From assembly GCA_047967505.1 (NCBI GenBank), contig CM106538.1: a stretch of DNA of 64,000 nucleotides. One strand, 5' to 3'. The notes below the pieces were generated by a model. That model was not told where the DNA came from. It did no database searches and was given only the letters and a program-made list of their open reading frames with translations. Source of the stretch: Dipteris shenzhenensis. Its lineage: Eukaryota. Both the position numbers and the translations under genes were made by a program. Positions 36,250 through 50,800 of the stretch are shown here, piece by piece. Every line of letters begins with the position of its first letter. Position 1 is the first letter of the stretch.

Positions 36250-39200
36250 ATGTTGGTGGTCTATATGCCCAATGAATACCCCTTGTGAAAAGGGTGTAGA
36301 AAACTCTTGCCGGCCATGTTTGGTAGAAGCGCTCCTGTCTCTCGACGGTCGCTCTCAAGCTTGGAGTACCGTGCTCCCAAATGGCGTGCAATGTGAAGAT
36401 GATATCCTACCAGATGGCTACTAAAGTAGCCGTTGGAGGGATTGAATGGCCCCCCATCACCTTGCTACATTTGGCCACCCATAACGTTCCAAGCAGTGAT
36501 GCTAGAGATGGTCTCCCAAACTCCATCCTTCGGGAGAGCTAGTGGGCATGAACAGGTGGGCTGAATTGCATCATGGATCTCAATTCGAGAAACCTGCTGT
36601 CCATGTATCCTATAAGCCAGTTGACAAAATCGATCGCAAAGGCATGGCCTCCCTCCATGAGCTAGGCCGCCATCCCCCATGTGAAATCCCTGCTCATCCT
36701 CTACATGCGAGCAACAATCCTGAGGGCCGCCAACCAAATCCGTTGTGCAGCAAGGCAACCCCAAAGACAGTGTGGGATGGTCTCCAAACTCCATCCCCAC
36801 AACCAGTGCATCTGCCATCAATCCGCATTTGCTCTAGATAGGGGCCAATGAGTAGACCCCATGTGCCAACAGCCAGAAGAAGTAAGAGATCTTCTACGAG
36901 CGCAAACTCCTCCATAGGTGGGGCCAAAATCGGCCTATGACCTCTCATGGGACATCTTGCTCGAGCCAGTGGCGTTCTCTCGAAGGGGACCATCTGTTGC
37001 CTCTAGCTGTAGATGATGCCCAATGCGAATGGAATACGAGAAGGAGACCTCCTCAATCTGGTGCAAATGCCCGATGCAGGCGGGCCAAGACCACTCCCCT
37101 GGGTCCCACTGAAGGTCGCACAAGAGTCTGCCCTCTCAAATCTAAAGGCGCCAAACCGCTCCCTCTTGTAAGTCCACCTCTGTCTCCTCCTCCAACTCCA
37201 ACTCAGCCTGCAATGAGCCTCCTTTTCCCACCTGATAGAAATGAGACCGGGGGGGAACCAAGAGACTCCCAAAAGAAGCAGATCTGGAGCGGTACCTTGT
37301 TCGTGAGAACTGTCCTGACCAACAATGGGGGGTCCAGGGGCTTTGTAGTCCCTCCCACCAAGAGTTCGGGATCGCCTCCTCAATCTCTTGCATTCTGATA
37401 CTTGCTCCCCAGAGGTAGGGGAGGGCCTATCTGTGGGCCTCTGTCTCTCTAGGAAGTCATCTCCATGTCCCAAAGGATTTGGCTGGTCCCTTGTTCCATT
37501 GTGCCCAATCGATATGAGTCTGCTGCCCTAGCATGCGCCCCTCGAGGTCTCTGACATCTAGGTGCCAAATCAGAGGCTACCTCTCAAACTCCTCTCTACA
37601 AGACGGCCTAGCTCTAGTCCTCTTGCCAATCTCTGCCACACTCTGTAGAGACTCCGCATCAACGGAGAGCCCCTCCTTATCAAGGGAGCCTCGGAGAAGA
37701 TCCACCTATAAGACTGCTGCCATTGCCCCCTAGTGCAAGGTGTGTGTTTCCAAGAAGCCCCCGCTAGAGTAGGAGCTTCCAAGGTTTCACATGCGGAGTA
37801 AAAGGCCTCTCACCACCAGCTTGCCCAAGAGGGCTCTACTCTGCATCTCTGGGTCAATAATGCCAAGTCCCCCCTGCGTCTATGGAAAGATCACTGACTG
37901 CTAGGCCACCTTGGCTCTAGTATTGTACGTGCCATCCGATCCTGACCAAAGGAAGTTCCGTACTAGGTATCGTAGCTGTTCCATAAAACCTCGATGAAAA
38001 CACCAACACGAAGCGATGTACCAGGCTATGGCTAAGAGTACCTGGTTCACCACTAGTGCACGCGAGAGCTTGGCAGAGCTCTAGTATAAGAGCTTCCGTC
38101 TAACTCTCTCTAGGACCAGGCTGAACTGCGGCTCTGTTGAAATGTCAATGCCTAGTTGGCAGCCCAGGTAACGCGCCGTCTCTCCTCTCGGGATCCAATG
38201 AAAGCCAAAATCAGCTCCTCAATCTCGAGCCTTCCGGGGGTCCTCCGAGCATATGAAGATGTGGTTTAATTTATGCGAGCTCTAGAAGCCTCACAATAAA
38301 TGGCTAAGGCTCCTCCAACCCTCTCCATGCTCATGACAGAGCCATCCACATATAGCACAGTGTCATCTGCAAACTCGGAGTCAAGGAGCTCCTTTTCCTA
38401 TCTGATCGGAAGCCGCAACCCTATACTACCAAGAGTCTAGGAGTGCAGAAAGTAACTTAAGGCCTCTGCCACAAAAAGGAAAAGATAAGGGGCTAGCAAG
38501 CAGCCCTGCCTCACTGAGCGGAGAGAGGGAAGGCCTTGCTTGTGTAGCCCTGATGATCATCTGGCTGGAACTGCCCGCATAAAGAGCTGAAACCCCTCTG
38601 ATCCATCTCTCTGAGAAACCGAGCCTCTACATGGTCCCCTCTAAGAAGGACCAATCCACCCTGTCATATGTCTTCTCGAAATCGAGAAGAATGGTGAGCG
38701 GTTGCGCCTTCTCCTTGGCCCCTCCCAGAATGGGAAGATGCTATCCAGGATGCTACACTCCTAGACAAAACCAGTATGCGTCTCATGAATGATATCTTGG
38801 AGGTGGGGTCTCAAACGTAGACTCAAGACCTTAGCCAAGATCTTGTAAGTGGTGTCCAGAAGGGTAATCGGCCTCCACTACTGAATGTTTGACCTATCAC
38901 CCCCCTTCGGAAGCAGGCATATCAAGCTTCTGCTCAAGGAGTGTGGGAGTGATCTTGGTAGGCTAGTCTGAAAGGGGTGGAGATATGCTCCCAGAAGCAA
39001 TAGAAAAAGGGGTTAGGCCATCCTCGCTAGGGCAGTTCTGGGTTGCAAGGGCCTCCCACAACTCCTCATCCGTGAAAGGAGCCTCTAACCATCTGGTAAG
39101 GCCTAGTGAAACTACTGAGAAGACTTGCTTCCAAACCGCCTCTCTAGCCATAATGGTGGTGGGTGATACTTCCTCTGACTGAAAAAGCTAACTGTAGAAG

Positions 39201-39600
39201 GTTGTAGATAGCTGAAGGATCTCTTGTGGGTCCGTGCACATGTGCCCATGTGGGTCTCGAATCTGTTGAAACTGGGCTCCTGTGGACCGTGGTCCGGTGG
39301 CCTGAAAGAACTGTTGGGTCATCCTATTTCCTTTTGTTGGACCCACCTAGCCTGGGAGGAATGGTATGAGAACTCTGCTCTGTGAACCTCCAAATCCTAT
39401 AGCTCCACCAATCCCTAAGCCACTGGCATCTTGGATCCTGCTCCCTAAGTCTCTCGATAGATGCAAGGTCTCTGCAAAGGGCTTTCTCCCACTCTTGAAG
39501 AGTGACTCTCCGTCTGACATAGAGATTATTAGCAAGTGACATTGAGTTGTCTTATGTTCTCACAGAAGACAACTTGGAAGGTCTTTTTACGATGGCTCTT
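36250..39600 (-). mobile_element. L1-type LINE ORF2 remnant (RT and zf-RVT)
   Basis: Minus-strand motifs RPITLLDTTYKILAKVL, LDFEKTYDRVDWSFL, VRQGCLLAPYLFLF, EFADDTVLY, QGGLGIIDP and CTGCG (zf-RVT). Stops and frameshifts present. Confidence 0.9.
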
Positions 39601-39649
39601 CCTCGACCTAAGAAAGCTTTAAACTTAGTCCTTTTGTGACTTGATGTGT

Positions 39650-42230
39650 TATGCTATGTACAGTCATAGGTTGCTATATCCCTACAGGATGAACATGTGC
39701 AACCATGACATTAGTTCTTTAGGTATTTTGAGACATGTCCAGGATACTTCAGCCCATGCCATGGAGGCGGGTTTGTAGACCATTCTATGGGCTATCTATA
39801 GGTGCCATCCATTCCTTGGTATGTGCCTTGTAGGCAGTTAGAACACTTGGTACAGTTAGGTCATGTACAATTTAGTACAGTTAGTACACACTCTCTCTCA
39901 CCCCCTCCATGCCACCTCACCTCCTCTTCCATGCCACATCATTGCTACTCGCGTCTACCATGTGGACCTCACCAACACCGTTGCCTTTTGCTATGTGTCT
40001 CTCTTGTTAAGTACCACATGTCACCTTGCTGATGTGGCCTTCTTGATGATGTGGCATGTTGACATGTAACCTTGGTGAAATGGCATCCTTGATTGTGTGG
40101 CATGTTGGTCCGTCACCTTGATGATGTTGCATGCTTATGTGGATGTTTGATGATGTGGGACCATTTTGATGACAAGGTATATTGCTAATGTGGTACTCTC
40201 GATGACATAGCATAATGAAGTGCCCTTGACCCTGTGAAAATGATTTAGAAAAGGGGACCAAGTCTTTAGCCCGTGGAGTGTATAAAAGGTTTAAGCACAT
40301 GTGTCTTGTGTTCCCGTGGTTCATGAAGCATGAATTGGTACCTAGTCGATGGAAGTGGACGGCCTGCATGCAAGTCATCATTTATGAAGAGTGTGGAGAA
40401 TGTGGCCACCAAGATACTAATTGTATTGAGTATCTCATACATTTATGAAGAGTGTGGAGAATGTGGCCACCAAGAGACTAATTGTATTGAGTATCTCATA
40501 CATTTCATCCATCTTTGGGCATTCATCCAAAAGTGTCTCTGGCGAGCTACCTGAATGAAGATGAAGTGCTAGACCATACTCCACTACAAGAAATCATATG
40601 GAGGTTGCAAGAACTTGAGGACATAGAAGGAGATGTGTAGGACTTGCATCTCCTCACTTTTCTTATGGCCTTTATTTTTGAACTAAGGATAATATCATGC
40701 ATCTCCATGTACCATGTCAGTGATTCTATCTTGTTTGGTTACTTGCCCTTCTCTTCCCTTATTTCCATTTCTCTTTCTACAATGGCGAACATTCCTATCA
40801 TCTATCGTTGGATGAATGAGAATCTGTAAGAGTGTCTTGTTGCTTTCAAATGTTGATGTTTGTCTCTAAATCTCCTAATGGAGAATCGAGGGTTGTTGGT
40901 ACTTCTTACATTCTTAGATGGTTTTGCAAAGATTAGGTATGATTGGCAAACCAATGTAGTTTGGCAAAGTTGGCCACATTTGACTGGAGCACTAGTTGAG
41001 TATTTTGGCAAGGATGAGGAGACCAAGAGTGTGCATCACTTGATATCAAGGTTGAGGCAAGGAGAAGGGGAGACAACATGTCGATATGTGGATCAAGCAA
41101 GCATGCTCCTAGATTGCCTAATTGCTAATTGTTTTCATTCCTCCTTCTCCCTTTGCATCAAGTGTCAAGGTGGGTCATGAGGGATCTTCCTTCATAAAAC
41201 CTCTTCCTCCCCTCCTCCACACTCTATGTCTCCTATCCCAATTGTTGTTCCTTCACTTCTTGTTCTTGAGAAGAATGTTGATCAACTTCACATTGAATTG
41301 GTGGGTTTGAAAAGTAAGGCTACATCCAACAAGGTAACTCCAAGGTGGTTTGTGATGATTGCGATCAAAAAGTCAATTACCATGTAGAGAGCTCTAATCC
41401 TAATCTAGTCCAAGTTTTGGATGGATCTGACACTAAGGTAGAAGAGTCTAATGTTGAAGAGATAATGTATATTAAGGAGCCTTCACCTGGAAATGCCTTT
41501 AGAAGAAAAAATGACAAGAGGTATAGTTCTCCTCTCCCTATGCAATGGGATGCATCTTTTCAATTGGGGGGAGCACATTGACTATGTCTATGATCCATTA
41601 GTGCCATGCAAGGGTAAGGTTGTATATACACTTATCCCCTTGAGTGTGATTTCTCTTCCTTTCAAAAGTATAAATGATAAAGCATTGAAAGAGTTGTTTG
41701 ATGATGAAAGTACTAATGAGCTGGAAGTCCTAATGATTGTGATAAAATTGACATTGATAGTGATACTTCCCATCCTCCAATTGGTGCCTTGAGTCTCATA
41801 GGCCCAAAAGAAATGCCTTACAAAGTTGAGAGTCTACTATCAAAGGCATTAGCAATGTTTATGGAAGATACCATGCAAGAAATTAAAGAAGAATGCAACA
41901 AAGTATGGGGAGAACTCACAAAACCTATGGAAATTACAATCAAATTTGAGGAGATCAATTACACAAGCATCAGCTACTACTGGTGCCCCTCCCCAACTAC
42001 TCCATTTGCTGCTCCATGGCTTCTCCCTAGCTCTCCCCTTCCTCTAGCTTCCACCCTCAGCCCTTTCCCATCTGCTAATCATCAGCATCTGTCTCCGCTG
42101 ATGTGCTCCTCCCTCTCCTGCTATCCTTCTTCTCCCTGCCAGCCTCCCCCTCACCGGCCTACTCCTCCCTCCCCCGTTGGCCTTCTCCTCCCCACCAGGA
42201 AACTCCTCCCTCCCCCATAGGCCTTGTTGA
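39650..42230 (+). mobile_element. Degraded LTR-retroelement sequence with gag-like remnants
   Basis: LTR-family similarity to 23215-23340; duplicated knuckle-like (Y)EECGECGHQETNC at 40380-40500; LISRLRQGEGETTCRYVDQ (gag-like). Confidence 0.45.
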
Positions 42231-43779
42231 GAGTTCACGCTCAACATCATGTGATCATGTGTGCATAGCACCATCACGTGATTATATGTGCATAGCACTA
42301 ACCTTATAGAGTGCTATAAAGGAAAGGGTTAGATCCCCTAACCCTAACCCTAAATGGGTTTGTGTATATTCTATTTTTTCAACCAAATCTAGTGTACAGT
42401 TAGTCATTTGTGGTGTGCTCTCTAGCCGTGCCCTCTCTCCTCATCTCCACTCCTCCTCTCCCCTCTTCATATTTTGTCATGGTATCAGAGCTCCCTTGCC
42501 TTCTACTGAGGCATTGCGATCCATATGAGAGAGTGTGAGAGAGATTGAGAGATTGAGAGTTTGTGTTCATTCTTTCACTTCCGTTGAGAGATAGAATTTC
42601 CGTCCATGTGAGAGAGATTTCTATTCTTTCTGTGAGAAAGAGAGGAGTCTATTCCCTTGTGAGAGATATTCGAAGAGGAAGAGAGGTTGTGAAAACCACA
42701 AGGAGAGAGAGACCTTTTCAAGACTCTACAGCAAGCGGGTTCAACAAATGGCTCAACAAGCATCTTTAATTTGAGGAGTTCTTAGTGAAAAGTTTGGTTC
42801 TCATCTACATCTACTCATTGGTTTGGTTCTTTGAGAGAGGGTGCTTATCTTCTTCATGAAGGTTCTATGAGGTCGTAATGAAGAAGGTTCTGTGAGGTCG
42901 TAGACTCAAAAGCCTCTATCTACCAGCCGGCTACACACCTATTGCCTCCAATGCGCTGCTCTAACAGCCTTGGCCACACTTCAACCTCCTGCTCACAAGG
43001 ATCTCAGGCAACCAACACTCCAGTAGCTCGTAGCGGCTCATTCCATAGCCTTAGCCAAAGCTCATAGCTCTAAAGAAAAGGCTCCTACTATAAGCACAGC
43101 TTTGTGCCCACCAGCACTACTCCTTCAACGGCTTTTCCCAGTAGCACAATGAGTAGCTGCATCGACCTCATTGCCCAGCTCCTTCACCGACCAAGTAAGG
43201 TCGCTGGACTGTGCAACTCAACAGAAGCACCGCCAATCAAACCTGTGCTAGCAAGAGGCGAAGGTTCAAATGACCAACTACTCAGATGACTAGCAGCAGC
43301 TTGCGAAGAGCGCCTTCAAAAAACTCCCACGGGCCACCACTCATCCACCCTCATGAAGTTCCTGCGAGCTTCTTCACGACTTCAGAAAACTCCCACGCTC
43401 TAGCCAAGCTCTACTCCAGTAGTCCTTGGTGCCTAGTTGCAACACAGTATCTCACCTCATCTCCAACGACCTACAGCAAAGGCTCCAGGTCGATCCGCAT
43501 AGGCGTCGTTCACCATTCTCCATGATCATGACCGTCCCGCTGCTGCGACATCTCCTGGTCATCACCATCGCTCTGCATAGAAGAGATCTCTACATTTCTC
43601 TCTCCTGCCATCCATCTGACACGTGGCAGATAGGCTCTAACCATTGTTAGGTTCAGTTAAGCTAACCGTGGTTAGCTACAGTTTAATCAATGGTCATATT
43701 TAACCGTGGTCAGTGGCCAGATTTAACCATGGTTCAATTCACCATGTGTTAGGAGGTTTGGTTAATATTTTGCCACATG

Positions 43780-44120
43780 GCATCCTTATCCCTAAGTGCC
43801 ATGTCATCTACCACAGTGGCAACCATGTCATCAGTGACGTCATTTGCCACATCATTAGTGACATGTCATTTGCCACGTCACCAGTGACACATAACTTACC
43901 ACATCACCAGTGACATGTCACTTGCCACATCATCATTGACACATCATCAGTGCCACATCATCATTGCCATGTCAGTTGCCACATCATTGCCATGTCAGCA
44001 TTACCATATCATCTGCTGACATCATCACCTGTGCCACCTTAGTTGTCCAGTCAGCACTGACCTCTGTAAGCACAGTGCCACATCACACTACATGTGACCC
44101 ACAGTGACACATCATCATTG
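43780..44120. repeat. Cluster of gccacatca/tgacatgtca motifs in the copia UTR
   Basis: Many short degenerate repeats. Inverse motifs (gatgatgtggca) cluster at ~40010-40210. Confidence 0.6.
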
Positions 44121-45772
44121 AGCACCATTTGCACTCCTTTTGCCCCTCCACCTACATCAAGTCATATCTCTTGATCCAGGATGAATTTGAGGGTGCTCCA
44201 AAAAGGGAAGTCACTCGTTTTTTTGTGCTCTACGTGCTCATCACATCATGCGCACATTTTGGCACAAGTTACACTCACATTTGAGCCTCGCCGACAAAAC
44301 CACTTCCTTCATGCACATTTGCCTCTACATCGATGCATCTAACCCAACACTTAAAAAGAACAAAAGAAAAGGAATTATTTGCTGTTCTTTCATCGATTGA
44401 CGGTTGGTATAGATCTAGATCAGAGTAGACTAGATCGCCATAGAGGGGATGCTTTGAATTTCCCCAAGTTGCCAATCTAAGCCATGCTCAAAATTCCCGA
44501 CTAGTACCTACTCGGAGTCAGTCGATACGCTCACATACGGTTTCACATCATTACATTACCTGAAACCTTATGTTCATCAGTTCAGTGAGCAGAGTTTAGA
44601 GTTCAGAGGCATTGCAGATTGTTTCAGTGGGCAGATAGCACTTGATTTCACACACACATGCCACCATTGTAAAGCCTATTCGGCTATCTCACGGCATCGT
44701 GCACATCATTTCAGCCTTGTAAAGCCTCTTGGCTATTCCCGACATGATTGCCACAAGCCTTGTAATACAGATCAGATTTTATATATTGCAGTTCTATCTT
44801 CACCGACGGTTCAGAGATTTCACTTGGCATATTCAGTGTATTTGCAGTTGATTCATACAGAGATTTTCACGACACTTTTGAGTACATTTCTTGCACCATG
44901 TCTATGACTAGCAACCTCTATCTGGAGGCATTTGTTGAGTTAGACAACTCCAATTATGGTACATGGAAATATCGAATGGAGACCATTCTTGTACTTCTGG
45001 ACAAATGGGAGTATGTCGATGGGTCTACACCTAGACCATTAGACAATCGAGCCACCAGCAGCTCTATTCCATCTGTTGTCACACCACTAGCAACGAGATC
45101 TACAGCTACATAAATAGTTTCCGCACGAGTAGCAGATCCTGCCATTGCCCGAGCTCAAGCAGAATGGGATAAGAAAGACAAGTATGCCTATCACCTGATC
45201 AAGCAGAATGTGCAAGATGTCATGCTAGGATAGCTCAACATAGTCAAGACATCAAAAGAAGCATGGGATATGTTCGCAGCTCTCTACGAGTCCAAGAACA
45301 CATCCAGGATTCTCACCCTGAGAAACCAGATCAACCAGAGTTTCCACAACAGCAGTGAAACCGGTCATCCTTATGTACTCCACATAAAAGACTACAACAA
45401 TCAACTTGCAACAGTAGGAGAGACTATGAACCCTGCAGAAATGGTTCAAGTCATCCTGAATGGACTAGGAGAGGGATACAAGAATCTAGTCTAGAGTATT
45501 GCCATTCAACGAAAAATTCCAACATTGGAAGAACTTCAGTCAGTCCTACTTGGTGAAGAACTCAAGACTCAGGCCATTCAAGCACATAAAGGTCATTCTA
45601 ATGATCAGGCATTCACAGCTTCAGACAGAAGCAGAGGCAAAGGCAAAAGTGGTCATTATCAGCAACAAAATCAAAGTCAACATCAGCATCATCCTCAGCA
45701 ACATCAGAATCAGCAAAGAGGAAATCATTCCAACCGAGGAAGATTTCAAGGACGAGGGAGACTTAGGGAGTG

Positions 45773-45787
45773 AGAAAGAGAGAGAGG

Positions 45788-45822
<35 letters not shown>

Positions 45823-45917
45823 GGAGAGAGACAGAATAAAACTTCTATGCTAAAGGGAGGGAGAGAGTAGGGAGGGAGAGGGAGAGAGAGAGAGAGAAGA
45901 GAGGAGGGAGACTTAGG

Positions 45918-45993
<76 letters not shown>

Positions 45994-46231
45994 TGAGAGA
46001 GAAGAGAGGAGGGAGACTTAGGGAGAGAGAGATAAACAGAGAGGGAGAGAGAATGAAACTTCTAGTAGCCGTGGTCACCAAGAGAGGGAGGTAGAGAGAG
46101 AGAGAGACTTCTCGCGGCCATGGCCGCCAAGGGAGGGAGGGAGGGAGAGAGAGAGAGAATGAGCAATGAGAGAGAAAAGGGGAGGGAGAGAAAGAGAGAT
46201 TAAGAGTGAGAAGAGGGAGACTTAGGGAGTG
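45773..46231. repeat. (GA)n-rich insertion in copia gag
   Basis: Bounded by the 19-bp direct repeat gagggagacttagggagtg (45754-45772, 46213-46231), with two more internal copies of the motif. Confidence 0.85.
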
Positions 46232-47824
46232 CAAGTGCTGTCACAAGTTTGGACACTATGAAAGAGATTTTCACAAGAAGCAGTACGACCAAGGCAAAGG
46301 ATCTATCGAGGGAATTCCCAAGGCAGAGGAAATCATCATGGTGGACATTCTAGTCACAGTCATTTTGCAAATGAACATGGAAATATGTTTCTTCCAAGCG
46401 AGGAAAGGCATCAAACTGATACAGTGTACTCAGACTATACTCAGACTGATTTCAATCCCAAAGAGGATTTCAGCTATCAAATCGACCAAGTGGAACAGGA
46501 TCCTTGGTACATTGAAAGCGGGGCACTATCTCACATAACAAATCATCAGGAATGGTTCATAGAAATGAAGCCATTAGAAGGACATAAAAATGTCATCTAC
46601 ATAGCAGACAATACACCGAATCCAGTTCAAGGGACATGCGTTATCCCTATGAACAATTTCACTGGTACAAAAGGATTAGTGAAAGATGTGCTCTATGTTC
46701 CAAAGCTCAGGAGGAACCTTTTGTCAATAGGTCAAATGAGAGAACACAATTACAAAGTCATCTTTGACGGTGATGAATGCACTATCAGAGATAAATCCAA
46801 AAGATGTCAACTAGTAGCAAAAGGGACACTATCAAATGTATGGGGTTATGCCCAGACCCGCAGCATCAATGGTTCACTTTACTACTTGACTTTCATCGAT
46901 GACTATAGCAAAGATTGTTGGGTCTACTTTCTGAAAGAGAAATCTGAAGTGTTTTCCAGATTTCAAGAATTTAAAGCCATGGTAGAAAACCAGACAGGCA
47001 GAAAGATCAAGGTCAAGGCCAATTACGCGTTGTGATCTTGAGAGTATTGTGCTCGATCTGCAATAACATTAGTATTCTGGCGAATCTTCTGAGCGTGCTT
47101 GTAAAATAAAGAACCTTGCAAAGTTGAAAGAGCCCATGAATGAGAGGAGTAAGCTAATCGCAGTTATAAGCAAAAGATGGCTTCAGTTCCAAGATACAGT
47201 AGGGAAACAACATACACAGACAACGAATGACTGGAACAACACTATGCTGAACTCCTTCAAGTTTATGCTCAGCTCAAGCCTTCCCACGCCTGCACTTTCG
47301 CACATACATGTTAATCTGGTATGTAAAACTAAATTTGCGCTCTTCATCCTTGGGAATCTTGTGAACGCGACATGGAATTCACAAGGGACTTGTAAATGTT
47401 TCCCATATAGGGAAAACCTCTCAAACTAGGTAAAATTAAGAAATTTCCTAGATAAAAGTATGCATTCTGGTATGTCTATCTAGGCAATCACTACTACACA
47501 CAGATCCTATTGCAACGTTTACGTACCGACATTTAGCGCCTGCATGGCGTTAATCGTCGGTATGAAAAGCGGGTTCCGTAAAACGTCTCTATATAGCGAC
47601 GCTTGCCAAAAGTCGCTATATAGCAACACTGATATACTATTTTATAGCGACGTTTTTCAAAGAGGTTTTTTTTTTCATATAGGCCTTAAAAGTTAGTTTT
47701 TTCCAATGACAAATTTTTTTAAATTTTCATACATGTTTGATCTCATAGAGAATAAAAATATGAGAGCATGTACATCAAGCCTTTGAAGCTCATATATTCA
47801 TGTCCAAGTTTGAGATGAAAAAAA

Positions 47825-50800
47825 TCAATTCAGAGCATTTACATCAACTGTTTCATCTTGAGCCAAGTCTAAGGCGCCAAACAAGTCTATCTCCAACTCT
47901 ATACCGAGTTGATCTCCTATATCATCATCGTACTCTAGCATCGTACGTTCACCTAAAAGTATTTGATCATCTTCTTCAATAAAGTGTGGTGATTCTTGAT
48001 GATCGTTGTCTTCTTCCTCAATATCGTGATCTCCATCTTCCTCCCGTGCGATGTCATTATGCGCATCTTCCTCTTGGCTCATATGGTGATGTACATCTTC
48101 TTCGCTAGATTCATCAATTGGATCCGGCATTGGTAGTGGCATCTCCATATTCACATCTCTATCTTCAAAAATTTGCTTACTTCGTGGTGCAACTTGGATC
48201 ACGTACCACCATCTTAGATCAGAACGATCCGGATGAAAAACCACCTATATTGAAGATAGGTGCCAAATGTCATCAATTATATGTATGAAATTATGCTCAA
48301 GTACATGTATCAATAAATCTTTAAAAATGAAAGCTTCGATTAATTATATCATTAGTATGCACCTGCTCACAGTGCTCGGGAAGAATAAAAGTATCACTTT
48401 CATCGGTCCAATGTTTGGTGGAGTCTATTGCAAAGAAACCGCTACTATCTTTTCTCACTGTTGCATGGGGACCGTTGTAAATAGTTCTAAACCATTTTAC
48501 ATCAAGAATGAAAATACTAAATCGTCTGAAATCAACTTCATAGATGTCGCGTATGGTTCCACAATAATCCAACTGTGAGGAGAGAAGATTGGTATCCAAA
48601 GCACTTGCTCGGCTATCTTGTGTAAAGTTAGCCATGACTCCAGAATCATACGTGACTCTCTTTGAATCGATGCGTTCCACGCGAAAATGTCGTCCATATG
48701 ACCATAATGCACTGTACTTTTTGTACTGTAAAAGAGCATCATTAAAACAATGAAGATGCATCTATTTTATAGCGTATATTGCCACAAATAATTACTTAAT
48801 TACGTCAAGAGGTAAGAAACTTACATGCACCATACATCCAAATGATAACTCTCGCTCGCGCTCGTTTATTGTCTCTCCATCGCATTCGGCTTTACGTAGA
48901 GCCAGTTGTAGCCAATCAAGTGACATGTGAGTAGGGAGAAGAGCCAAATCTTGTGGATATGGTTGCAATCACCTGTACATTACTCTGAATCTCGTCCTTG
49001 GATTTATTCTTTTTGCTTTGGCCACTTCATATCTCTCAATCCACTTCTGCATCTCAGGGCTATTGAGGATACAAAACTTATTGAATTTCTCCATTTGCTC
49101 TTCGCTCATCTTTCTTTCAATCCCTTTTCCTTGGGGAACCTCGCCAACGATGTGATCATCATCCTTGTTACGCCAAGCTTGCGGCATATCAGGATCCATG
49201 GATGCAAGAAACTCTGTGATATATACTAATGACTCTTGCACAAGCCATCCCTCTGCCATGCTTGCTTTTGGTCTTGCTCTTTGTCTTACAAATCCCTTTA
49301 AAGTTTTCATAAACCGCTCGAGAAAAAACATCCATCGACTATGAACGGTACCTGCTATAGCCACCTCATCAAGTATGTGCTCAAGAAAGTGGACTTGAGT
49401 TGTCATAATGCTCGAGGGAAAGTGCTTCTCAAGCAAGCATACGGCTTCGATGGATTCCACCCTAGCCTTCTCGATGCTCGATATGGAGATCTCTTTTTGA
49501 GATATCCACCTATTTCACATGTCCATGGAGATCTCTTTTTGAGATATCTACCTATTTCACAAGCATGGTACCCACTTGTAACAAGTCCTGCACGCGTGCA
49601 TGAATGTGTTAGTATAAGAGCAAAAGAGAGTCATAAAAGCATAATCCCTCATTATACATGTGAAGACACAACCACGTACCTGCGCACTCTCCATATCCTG
49701 GGTAGTCATGCATGGTCCACATCAAGATACCCCTGACCAAAATATCATTGGTATGTCTAGGATCTCTAGAAATATCAAAGACCTACACTCCTCTCCATAA
49801 TATATGTAACTCCTCTATCAAAGGTGCCATGTACACGTCCATATTTTTTGCCTTGTACTTTCCTGGCAGAAGTAGTACAAGCATGAGGTGTCCCTTTTTT
49901 ATTGTTAGCCATGGTGGGATATTGTAATTCACCACGACTATGGGCCATGTCGACCAAGATGTTGAGCGTAACCCGAAAGGATTCACGCCGTCCATGGTGA
50001 GCCCAAGATGTAAGTTGCGTGGCTCCCTCGCAAAGTCCAGCCACTAATTATCTATGTGCTTCCAAGCTGCACAATCTACGGGAATCCTCAATGTGTCATC
50101 AGTGGACCGATGAGATGCATGCCATGTCATCAACTCTGCTATGGATTTGCATCGAAACATGTGTTGTATTCTTGCAATGATGGGAAAGTGTCTCAAGACC
50201 TTTACCAGTATCCGCTCACCCTGCAAGTCATCTCTATATCGTTGTTCCCCACACTTTGGACAACTAGCCAAATCTCCATGCTCACGACGAAAGAGAATAC
50301 AATCATTACGGCAAGCATGGATGGTATCATAATCCATACCCACTGTTGTTAGCATCTTTTTCGCTTCATCTCTTGATGCGGGCATGGTATTTGGTGCAGG
50401 CAACATCTTCTGGAGCAACCTATGACAATTCAAACATACATAGGCTTCGAACAATGATGATTCGGTATACACTATCCAAATGATGATTCTCAAAACAAAC
50501 AATATCCAAATAATGAGTCAAATTAATGCAAGAGCTAACCTCATTAAGGCCGAGACATTTGTATCTGACCACCCATACTTTACTTGCAGATTCAAGATTG
50601 AGAGACAAGCACGTAGTTTAGACATCCTAGCACCCTCGTACAATTGTGTTGATTGCAACTCTCGCATTTTGACCTCAGACTCTGACATCATGTGTACATG
50701 GGATGTAGTGCCCCTAAAAATGGAATCCATCATGTCGACCATACCCTCGTCATCATCTGGGAGACTATAGTCTTGCTCAAAGTGTGAAGGTATATGCGTA

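Larger units (their letters stand above)
42240..47012 (+). mobile_element. Ty1/copia retrotransposon, 5' part (LTR end, PBS, long UTR, gag-PR-INT)
   Basis: ...ttttgtca tggtatcagagc (PBS 42480-42491). Gag LDNSNYGTWKYRMETILVLLDKWEYVDG from 44898, knuckle CKCCHKFGH, protease WYIESGALSHIT, and integrase YYLTFIDDYSKDCWVYFLKEKSEV..VENQTGRKIK. Truncated at ~47012. Confidence 0.88.

Noticed and set aside
42335-42354. Interstitial telomere
   Set aside because: Only about three ccctaa(a) units, inside an LTR; better read as a telo-box-like motif.
45845-46234. SL-repeat ORF
   Set aside because: It is the antisense translation of the (GA)n tract.
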